Below, piece by piece: positions 25,799 through 33,007 of a DNA stretch of 33,007 nt. Origin of the DNA: a virus (Duplodnaviria; Heunggongvirae; Uroviricota; Caudoviricetes); IMG/VR virus record IMGVR_UViG_2547132254_000003, positions 1 to 33,007 of that record. One strand, 5' to 3'. Under the pieces are notes generated by a model. The model was not told the DNA's origin, searched no databases, and saw only the letters and a list, made by a program, of their open reading frames with translations. Each line of letters begins with the position of its first letter. Position 1 is the stretch's first letter. A program made the translations under genes and the position numbers.

Positions 25799-26116
25799 AT
25801 GGCAGCAATAGTGGAAAAACTCAGGGCGCAGTGCCGTATTGATACAGATGATGCAACTGATGATGAGTTACTGATGCTGTATTTCCGGGCTGCCTGCCGC
25901 AAGGCAGAAAATTTTATCAACCGTAAGCTTTATGAGGAGACGGTGCCGGAAGGTGATCCTGAAGGGGTGCTTATAGCTGATGATGTTTTGCTGGCGCTCA
26001 TGTTGCTGGTCGGGCACTGGCACGAAAACCGGGAAAATTCCTCAGATGTCAGCAAGGCACCAGTCCCGTTTGGTTTTTCTTCTCTGCTGGAGCCTTATCG
26101 TTTTATTCCTTTGTAG
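25799..26116 (+). CDS. Head-tail connector (gp6-like), about 105 aa
   Basis: ATG at 25799 with GCAGGAG upstream (ORF track begins further upstream); position after the capsid gene. Confidence 0.55.
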   Translation: MAAIVEKLRAQCRIDTDDATDDELLMLYFRAACRKAENFINRKLYEETVPEGDPEGVLIADDVLLALMLLVGHWHENRENSSDVSKAPVPFGFSSLLEPYRFIPL

Positions 26117-26124
26117 GAGGAGAC

Positions 26125-26463
26125 ATGCAGGCGGGCAGATTACGTGATCGCGTAATTATTCTGAATGTCACCACCGCCCGCTCTCCGTCAGGGCATCCGG
26201 TGGAGACGGTGACGGAGGGAGCTACCGTATGGGCAGAAGTTAAGGGTATCAGCGGGAGGGAGATAATCTCAGGCGGAGCAGAAACCGCTCAGGCTACGGT
26301 CAGAGTCTGGATGAGATTCCGGCGCGATGTGACAGCGACTTCACGTCTGAAAGTGCTGACCGGTGCATTTAAAGGGGCCATTCTGGGTATAGAAGGTCCA
26401 CCAATACCGGATGCACGCGCTACCCGGCTTGAAATACTCTGCAGCCTGAAGGGGAATGTGTGA
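26125..26463 (+). CDS. Head-tail adaptor / head closure protein, 112 aa
   Basis: AGGAGG upstream; position and size. Confidence 0.55.
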   Translation: MQAGRLRDRVIILNVTTARSPSGHPVETVTEGATVWAEVKGISGREIISGGAETAQATVRVWMRFRRDVTATSRLKVLTGAFKGAILGIEGPPIPDARATRLEILCSLKGNV

Positions 26464-26909
26464 TGGATTTCAGTCTTGATTTTTCCGGCCTGGCGGATAT
26501 TGCACGGGATTTGGAGACGCTCAGCAGGGCAGAAAACAATAAGGTTCTGCGCGATGCCACCCGTGCCGGTGCTGAAGTTATGCGGGATGCAGTTGTTGAA
26601 CGTGCGCCGGAGCGAACCGGGAAACTGAAGAAAAATGTGGTTGTTCTCACTCAGCGTTCAAAGCGTCGGGGGGAAATTATCTCGGGTGTCCACATTCGCG
26701 GACGGAACCTGCGAACCGGAAACAGTGATAACAGCATGAAAGCCAGCGATCCCCGAAATGCATTTTACTGGCGCTTTGTGGAGCTGGGAACGATAAACAT
26801 GCCCGCGCATCCATTCATTCGCCCGGCTTTCGATACGACAGAGGAGCTGGCGGCGCAGGTTGCCATACAGCGAATGAATCAGGCTATTGATGAGGTCTTA
26901 AGTAAATGA
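26463..26909 (+). CDS. Tail component (HK97 gp10-like), about 148 aa
   Basis: Start overlaps the upstream stop; position. Confidence 0.5.
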   Translation: MDFSLDFSGLADIARDLETLSRAENNKVLRDATRAGAEVMRDAVVERAPERTGKLKKNVVVLTQRSKRRGEIISGVHIRGRNLRTGNSDNSMKASDPRNAFYWRFVELGTINMPAHPFIRPAFDTTEELAAQVAIQRMNQAIDEVLSK

Positions 26910-27250
26910 GGGAGGCCACACTGTATTCCCTGTTGTCTCAGCTGGCCGGAGGACAGGTTTATCCTTATGTGGTCCCGCTGACGGAGGGAAAGCCTGCGGT
27001 ATCTCCGCCGTGGCTGGTGTTTTCTGTGGTGTCTGACACGGCATCTGATGTGCTTGATGGGCAGGCTGAATCCAGAATTACCGTGCAGATCGATGTCTGG
27101 GCGACAGTACCTGATGACGCAGATAATATTCGTGAGCAGGCGCTTGATGCGGTAAGGAAACTGGCACCCTCCGTTATTTCTAAAACGCAGGGTTATGATC
27201 CTGATTCCCGTCTGAGCAGAGCCACGCTTGAATTTCAGGTAATAGCCTGA
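26906..27250 (+). CDS. Tail completion / terminator-like protein (DUF3168-like), 114 aa
   Basis: Position upstream of the major tail protein; overlapping start and stop. Confidence 0.5.
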   Translation: MREATLYSLLSQLAGGQVYPYVVPLTEGKPAVSPPWLVFSVVSDTASDVLDGQAESRITVQIDVWATVPDDADNIREQALDAVRKLAPSVISKTQGYDPDSRLSRATLEFQVIA

Positions 27251-27270
27251 GGTCGTTAATGATTTTACCC

Positions 27271-27294
27271 ACCCGCCGCTGGCGGGTTTTTTAT
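27271..27294 (+). terminator. Rho-independent terminator upstream of the major tail gene
   Basis: ACCCGCC-GCT-GGCGGGT followed by TTTTTT. Confidence 0.55.
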
Positions 27295-27309
27295 TTTCAG
27301 GAGACGAGT

Positions 27310-28014
27310 ATGTCCTCTAATTTTGAGCGTTCGCAACTGACGAAAATTATGATTTCGTCTGCACCGGTAACAGCAGAAACCCTGGATTCTGCCAGCTATC
27401 TTGGCCTGAGCTGTACAATCAAAGAAGTGCAGTTTACCGCTGGACAAAAGCAGGATATTGATGTCACCACGCTGTGTTCTGTTGAGCAGGAAAATATTAA
27501 CGGTCTTGGTGCCGCGTCAGAGATTTCCATGTCAGGCAACTTTTACCTCAATGCTGCCCAGAACGCGTTGCGCAGTGCCTATGACAATGACACCACGTAT
27601 GGCTTTAAAGTTATTTTTCCGTCAGGCAACGGATTTACCTTTATGGCAGAAGTGCGTCAGCATACCTGGTCTGCAGGAACCAATGGTGTTGTGGCTGCAA
27701 CGTTTTCCCTGCGTCTGAAAGGCAAACCTGTGCTGACGACAGCTTCGCTGAAAGTGAAGGTTGATTTAAAAAGCACGCTGCGGGTTGCTTCCGGAGCGAA
27801 ACTTGAAATGGCGGTTGAGGCTGCGGGTGGTGTGCCGCCTTATTCTTATGTCTGGAAGAAAGGTGGTTCTCCTGTTTCCGGACAGACGGCGGCAACGTTC
27901 AGTAAGGCATCAGCATCATCCGGTGATGCGGGTGCGTATACCTGCGAGATTTCTGATTCAGCAAGCCCTGTTAACAAGGTGACCTCCACTTCCTGCACTG
28001 TTACCGTCAGTTAA
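27310..28014 (+). CDS. Major tail protein with C-terminal Ig-like (Big_2-type) domain, 234 aa
   Basis: ATG at 27310 with AGGAGACGAG upstream; C-terminal 80 aa have an Ig-like pattern (GG.PPYSY.W...G...YTC.); position before the G/T chaperone pair. Confidence 0.7.
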   Translation: MSSNFERSQLTKIMISSAPVTAETLDSASYLGLSCTIKEVQFTAGQKQDIDVTTLCSVEQENINGLGAASEISMSGNFYLNAAQNALRSAYDNDTTYGFKVIFPSGNGFTFMAEVRQHTWSAGTNGVVAATFSLRLKGKPVLTTASLKVKVDLKSTLRVASGAKLEMAVEAAGGVPPYSYVWKKGGSPVSGQTAATFSKASASSGDAGAYTCEISDSASPVNKVTSTSCTVTVS

Positions 28015-28511
28015 TGAGGATAGATGTGATGACTAAAAATATCCGCAATCTGGCACTGGCAACGATGTCGGGGTTTCGCCATAAAACTGTTGATGTGCCT
28101 GAATGGGAAGGGGCAACGGTTGTATTACGGGAACCTTCTGCAGAAGCCTGGTTGCGCTGGCAGGAGATCGTTAAAGCAAAAGATAATGAGACACCGTTAT
28201 CCGTTGCGGAGCGCGCCCGCCGAAATCTGGAGGCAGATGTTGAACTGTTCATTGATGTTCTGTGTGATACCGGACTGCAACCCGTATTTTCAGAGGATGA
28301 TCGTGAACAGGTGATTGCCGTGTATGGCCCGGTGCATGCGCGGCTTCTTCGGCAGTCTCTGGAACTGATCAGTGATGCCGGCGAGGTTAAAAAAAGTAGC
28401 GCTTCCGGGGATGCGTTTTCTGATGATGCTGGCGCTCAGGATGGGGCGCACATTGTCAGAGTTACGCCGGGAAATGTCCGCATCAGAAATCATGATGTGG
28501 GCAGAATTTGA
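28014..28511 (+). CDS. Tail assembly chaperone (lambda G-like), 165 aa
   Basis: Position between the major tail and tape-measure genes; overlapping downstream ORF in another frame; slippery A7 run inside. Confidence 0.7.
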   Translation: MRIDVMTKNIRNLALATMSGFRHKTVDVPEWEGATVVLREPSAEAWLRWQEIVKAKDNETPLSVAERARRNLEADVELFIDVLCDTGLQPVFSEDDREQVIAVYGPVHARLLRQSLELISDAGEVKKSSASGDAFSDDAGAQDGAHIVRVTPGNVRIRNHDVGRI

Positions 28512-28701
28512 CAGGTTCAGCCCGCTGGGGGACGAACGGGCTGATTTCCGGGCTGCCCAGATTGTTTCAGCTGTTTACGGTGCGCAGGGGGTCAAAGTGT
28601 CACTGAATGATGCGCTTCTTCAGTGGGAGAAGGAGCAGACAGAAGGCGTATCAGATCCATTTGCCGGACTGGAAAAAGCGCTTTTAATAGTGTCTCAGTG
28701 A
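28014..28701 (+). CDS. Frameshifted tail assembly chaperone fusion (GT-like), predicted +1 shift at the A-run 28389-28395
   Basis: Frame of 28014 runs through AAAAAAA; the +1 frame is open from there to 28701; the -1 frame hits TAA at 28388-28390. Confidence 0.5.
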
Positions 28702-28710
28702 GTCAACATA

Positions 28711-28731
28711 ACCGCTTCGGCGGTTTTTTTT
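28711..28731 (+). terminator. Terminator-like hairpin (ACCGC-TTCG-GCGGT plus T8) between the chaperone and tape-measure genes
   Basis: Perfect 5-bp stem, UUCG loop, T-run. Confidence 0.5.
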
Positions 28732-28741
28732 CGTCCGGAGA

Positions 28742-31700
28742 ATGAGTGTGGCGACATTACGTGAACTGATTATTAAAATCTCGGCAAATTCCCGGTCATT
28801 CCAGTCAGAGATCTCCCGGGCTTCGCGTATGGGGCAGGATTACTACCGTACCATGCAGAACGGAGGCCGGCAGTCCGCTGCTGCATCCCGTGAAATGCGG
28901 CGTGCACTGGCAGAAGTGACGGATCAGATAAATACAGCTAAATCTTCGGCACTGAATATGGCGGGGGCATTTGCCGGGGCTTTTGCTACCGGTCATCTTA
29001 TTTCTCTCGCCGATGAGTGGAATTCAGTAAATGCCCGTCTGAAGCAGGCCTCACAGTCCAGTGATGATTTTCAGGTATCACAACGTGAATTAATGGCGAT
29101 CAGCCAGAGAACGGGGACGGCGTTTTCTGATAACGCCAGCCTTTTTGCCCGTTCTGCAGCTTCCATGCGGGAGTATGGTTACAGTTCTGAGGAGGTACTG
29201 AAAGTCACCGAGGCGATCTCCACGGGCCTGAAATTATCCGGTGCCAGTACAGCAGAAGCCAGTTCGGTGATCACGCAGTTCAGTCAGGCACTGGCGCAGG
29301 GAGTGCTGCGCGGTGAAGAGTTTAACTCGGTGAATGAGAGCGGTGATCGTGTTATTCGTGCGCTGGCTGCGGGAATGGGCGTTGCCCGTAAGGATCTGAA
29401 GGCCATGGCGGATAACGGAAAACTAACCGCCGATAAGGTTGTTCCTGCACTGATTAGTCAGCTTGGGGCGTTGCGTGATGAATATGCAGCAATGCCTGAT
29501 ACGGTTTCATCCTCTGCAACCAAAGTTGAAAACGCCTTTATGGCCTGGGTTGGTGGTGCGAACGAGGCAAGCGGAGTGACGAAGACGCTCTCCGGGGTGC
29601 TGAATGGTCTTGCAGGCAATATTGACACCGTGGCAACCGCTGCCGGTGCTCTGGTTGCCGTCGGGGTAGCCCGATATTTTGGCAATATGGCGTCTTCTGC
29701 TGGATCTGCAACTGCCGGATTAATTACTGCAGCCAGAAACGAAGTGGCTCTTGCTGAAGCGCAACTTCGGGGGACACAGATAGCAACCGCCAGGGCGCGT
29801 GCGGCGGTTTATCGTGCGCAACAGGCGGTTGTTGCTGCTCGCGGTACCGAAAGGCAGGCCGCAGCAGAAGCGAAGCTGACAGCTGCCCAAGCGTCACTTA
29901 CCCGTAATATTGCGGCCAGAACAGCGGCACAGACAACGCTGAATACTGTCACGTCAGTGGGGAGTCGTCTGTTAAGTGGTGCGCTGGGGTTGGTTGGTGG
30001 TGTGCCGGGACTCGTCATGCTGGGGGCGACGGCCTGGTACACGATGTATCAGAATCAGGAGCAGGCCAGAGAATCTGCACGCCAGTATGCCGCAACAATC
30101 GACGAAATTCGCCAGAAAACGTCGGCAATGTCGCTTCCTGAAGCGTCAGATAATGAGGAAAAGACGCGGCAGGCACTTGATGAGCAAAACAGGTTAATTG
30201 ACGAGCAGAAAAGTAAGATTAAATCCTTACAGGAAAAAATTGCTGGCTATCAGTATGTGCTGGCAAACCCGGGCTGGACAACCGATAACGGTTTTATGAT
30301 TAACCACATGACGTCGGTAAAAACTGTCACAGAAGGGCTTGCAGAAGCAACAAATCAACTGGCAGTTGAACAGTCCCGTCTCACACAAATGCAGGGCAAA
30401 GCGCAATCCATTCAGGATGTGCTTGCCGGGCTGGAGGAGCGACGGGTGGCGTTGATCCGTCAACAGGCCGCGGAACAAAACAAAGCGTATCAGTCCCTGT
30501 TGATCATGAATGGGCAGCATACCGAGTTTAATCGCCTTCTCGGGCTCGGTAATGAATTACTTCAGCAGCGACAGGGGCTGGTGAATGTACCGTTACGGCT
30601 ACCACAGGCAACCCTGGATGATAAACAGCAGACTGCACTGAATAACAGCGAGCGCGAACTGGCTCTGTCCCGCCTGAAGGGGGAAGCCCGTGAGCGTGCC
30701 CGCTTGGGTTATGCTGCGGATGATCTCGGCTTTGTGGGAGAGGCGTATCAGACAGCCAGACAGAATTATATCAATAACTCACTGGATGCCTGGCGAAATA
30801 ACCAGGCAAATAAACCCAAAGCGCATAAAAAGACCGAAGCGGAAAAAACAGAAGATATTTATAAACGGCTGATTAAACAGCAAAAAGAACAAATAGCACT
30901 GGCAGGGCAGAATACTGAACTGGCTAAGATGAAATATCAGGTCAGTCAGGGCGAATTATCAACCCTGTCAGAAGCGCAGAAAAAAACGCTTTTGCAGAAT
31001 GCAGCACTCATCGACCAGAAAAAGATTCGTGAGCAGCTTGCTGCGTATGAAAGCAGCCTGGCGGACAGTAATGCCAGTACCCGGGCGTCTAACGACGCGC
31101 AGTTACTGGGATATGGTGAAGGCTCACGGATGCGTGAACGACTCCAAGAAATGTGGAGTATCCGGCATGAGTTTGAGCAGAAAAATAACGAGCTGCTGAG
31201 ACAGTATCAGGCCGGAGAAATTGAAGAAGCCCTGTGGAAACAGGAGAAAGAACTGAATAAAAAATATCTGGAAGAGCGTCTCAGCGATCAGCAGGATTAT
31301 TATGCAAAGGCCGATGCTTTACGTAATAACTGGAATGCAGGACTCCAGGAGGGGCTGACCAACTGGGCAGACAGTGCCACCGATTATGCTTCGCAGGCGG
31401 CAGATGCTGTCGTTTCCACTATGGACGGACTGGTATCAAATATTTCCGATGCACTGGCCGGAAATGTTGTGGACTGGAGAAACTGGGGGAGTTCAATTCT
31501 CCAGGAAGTTTCAAAAATTCTGATGAATGCGGCCATTGTTAACGGACTGAAGTCACTCTCCGGTGCCGGAGGGTGGCTTGGTACGGTCGGCGGATGGATT
31601 TCGGGGGCGGTGGCAAACGCAAAAGGTGGTGTTTACACATCGGCAAATCTGAGTGCTTACAGTAACACTATTGTGGATACACCGACGTATTTTGCTTTTG

Positions 31701-31975
31701 CGAAAGGTGCCGGGCTGATGGGCGAGGCCGGGCCTGAAGCTATCATGCCACTGACACGGGCAGCGGACGGCTCTCTTGGGGTCAGAGCCATTGGCAATGT
31801 GAATAGTGGCGGGGGGTTTGTTTATTCTCCCGTGTATCACATCAGCATTCAGAACCAAGGGAGCAATGGCGAGATAGATGCGCGCTCAGCCAGGGGACTG
31901 GTGGATCTGATCGACAGCAGGGTTGTGTCAATTATGCAGTCATCGCGTCGGGATGGAGGATTGTACAGTGCCTGA
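28742..31975 (+). CDS. Tail tape measure protein, 1077 aa
   Basis: Size, extended coiled-coil/alpha-helical composition, position after the G/GT pair. Confidence 0.9.
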   Translation: MSVATLRELIIKISANSRSFQSEISRASRMGQDYYRTMQNGGRQSAAASREMRRALAEVTDQINTAKSSALNMAGAFAGAFATGHLISLADEWNSVNARLKQASQSSDDFQVSQRELMAISQRTGTAFSDNASLFARSAASMREYGYSSEEVLKVTEAISTGLKLSGASTAEASSVITQFSQALAQGVLRGEEFNSVNESGDRVIRALAAGMGVARKDLKAMADNGKLTADKVVPALISQLGALRDEYAAMPDTVSSSATKVENAFMAWVGGANEASGVTKTLSGVLNGLAGNIDTVATAAGALVAVGVARYFGNMASSAGSATAGLITAARNEVALAEAQLRGTQIATARARAAVYRAQQAVVAARGTERQAAAEAKLTAAQASLTRNIAARTAAQTTLNTVTSVGSRLLSGALGLVGGVPGLVMLGATAWYTMYQNQEQARESARQYAATIDEIRQKTSAMSLPEASDNEEKTRQALDEQNRLIDEQKSKIKSLQEKIAGYQYVLANPGWTTDNGFMINHMTSVKTVTEGLAEATNQLAVEQSRLTQMQGKAQSIQDVLAGLEERRVALIRQQAAEQNKAYQSLLIMNGQHTEFNRLLGLGNELLQQRQGLVNVPLRLPQATLDDKQQTALNNSERELALSRLKGEARERARLGYAADDLGFVGEAYQTARQNYINNSLDAWRNNQANKPKAHKKTEAEKTEDIYKRLIKQQKEQIALAGQNTELAKMKYQVSQGELSTLSEAQKKTLLQNAALIDQKKIREQLAAYESSLADSNASTRASNDAQLLGYGEGSRMRERLQEMWSIRHEFEQKNNELLRQYQAGEIEEALWKQEKELNKKYLEERLSDQQDYYAKADALRNNWNAGLQEGLTNWADSATDYASQAADAVVSTMDGLVSNISDALAGNVVDWRNWGSSILQEVSKILMNAAIVNGLKSLSGAGGWLGTVGGWISGAVANAKGGVYTSANLSAYSNTIVDTPTYFAFAKGAGLMGEAGPEAIMPLTRAADGSLGVRAIGNVNSGGGFVYSPVYHISIQNQGSNGEIDARSARGLVDLIDSRVVSIMQSSRRDGGLYSA

Positions 31976-32309
31976 GCCTGAAGTTTTTAACTGGATCCCC
32001 CGTGAGGGGATGGAGACGACACGAAAGCCATCAGTTATTACGGTAAAGTTTGGTGACGGATATGAACAGAGACGGGCTGGTGGTCTGAATGCGGATCTGA
32101 AAACGTTTAAACCGGTATTTCGTGTCACAGATGAATATTCCCGTGCCGCGCTGGACAGTTTTTTATCCCGTCATGCCGGGATTCGTGCTTTTTTGTGGCG
32201 TCCGCCAAAACACAACAGGACTGTCCGGGTTGTCTGCAGGGAGTGGAGCATTTCGGATAATGCCATGTATACCGATTTTAACTGTACCTTTGAAGAGGTC
32301 ACTCACTGA
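31953..32309 (+). CDS. Minor tail protein M (lambda gpM-like), about 113-118 aa
   Basis: VKFGDGYEQRRAGGLNADLKT...FLWRPP resembles lambda gpM (VRFGDGYSQRAPAGLNANLKT...FLWTPP). Start is ATG 31953 or GTG 31968 (the latter has GGAGGA upstream). Confidence 0.75.
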   Translation: MEDCTVPEPEVFNWIPREGMETTRKPSVITVKFGDGYEQRRAGGLNADLKTFKPVFRVTDEYSRAALDSFLSRHAGIRAFLWRPPKHNRTVRVVCREWSISDNAMYTDFNCTFEEVTH

Positions 32310-33007
32310 TGCAGGATATACAGCAGGAAACACTCAATGAGTGCACTAAAACGGAGCAATCCGCGCTGATCGTGCTCTGGGAAATTGATCTGACAGAGGT
32401 CGGCGGAGATCATTATTTCTTCTGTAATGAGCAGAACGAAAAAGGTGAACCAGTCACCTGGCAGGGGCGGCAGTATCAGGCCTATCCCATTCAGGGAAGT
32501 GGATTTGAGATGAACGGCAAAGGAGCCAGTGCAAGGCCAACGCTGAAAGTCTCTAATCTGCACGGCATGGTCACCGGGATGGCGGAAGACCTGCAGAGTC
32601 TGGTCGGCGGAACGGTGGTCCGGCGTAAGGTTTACGCCCGTTTTCTGGATGCGGTGAACTTCGTCAACGGAAACAGTGACGCCGATCCGGAGCAGGAGGT
32701 GATCAGCCGCTGGCGCATCGAGCAGTGCAGCGAACTGAGCGCGGTGAGTGCCTCTTTTGTACTGTCCACGCCGACGGAAACGGACGGTGCCGTTTTTCCG
32801 GGACGTATCATGCTGGCCAACACCTGCACCTGGACCTATCGCGGTGATGAGTGCGGTTATCACGGTCCGGCGGTAGCGGATGAATATGATCAGCCGACGT
32901 CCGATATCACGAAGGATAAATGCAGCAAGTGCCTGAGCGGCTGTAAGTTTCGCAATAACGTCGGCAACTTTGGCGGCTTCCTTTCCATTAACAAACTTTC
33001 GCAGTGA
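32309..33007 (+). CDS. Minor tail protein L (lambda gpL-like), 232 aa, stop at the window end
   Basis: Same length as lambda gpL; C-terminal cysteine cluster (CTWTYRGDECGY ... CSKCLSGC); ATG overlaps the gpM stop. Confidence 0.8.
   Translation: MQDIQQETLNECTKTEQSALIVLWEIDLTEVGGDHYFFCNEQNEKGEPVTWQGRQYQAYPIQGSGFEMNGKGASARPTLKVSNLHGMVTGMAEDLQSLVGGTVVRRKVYARFLDAVNFVNGNSDADPEQEVISRWRIEQCSELSAVSASFVLSTPTETDGAVFPGRIMLANTCTWTYRGDECGYHGPAVADEYDQPTSDITKDKCSKCLSGCKFRNNVGNFGGFLSINKLSQ

Overview
The window is most of a lambdoid, mosaic prophage of an enterobacterial (E. coli/Shigella-like) host, read left to right as integrase and excisionase, an early-left operon, a Rac-like immunity and replication module, a nin-like accessory region, Q antiterminator, a four-tRNA cluster, a phage-21-type lysis cassette, HK97-type packaging and head genes, and lambda-type tail genes ending at gpL. 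All calls rest on reading the six-frame translations and the DNA by eye; family names come from remembered motifs and gene order, not from searches. The integrase stop codon is at position 1, so the attachment site is outside the window. Accessory content worth a second look: an intact IS10 (1329 bp, perfect 9-bp target duplication) inserted 72 bp downstream of a Hok/Mok type I toxin gene; a DicF sRNA homologue in the early-left operon; a DUF208/QueH-like gene with its own promoter; a lipoprotein moron; an unknown 104-aa ORF sitting between the pinholin and the SAR endolysin; a reverse-strand GNAT acetyltransferase moron; and an AT-rich convergent ORF pair of unknown function. I could not identify a complete, recognisable novel defence system; the strongest candidates for something undescribed are the ORF inside the lysis cassette, the convergent pair at 4801-5375 and the solo GNAT, all of which need homology and structure searches.
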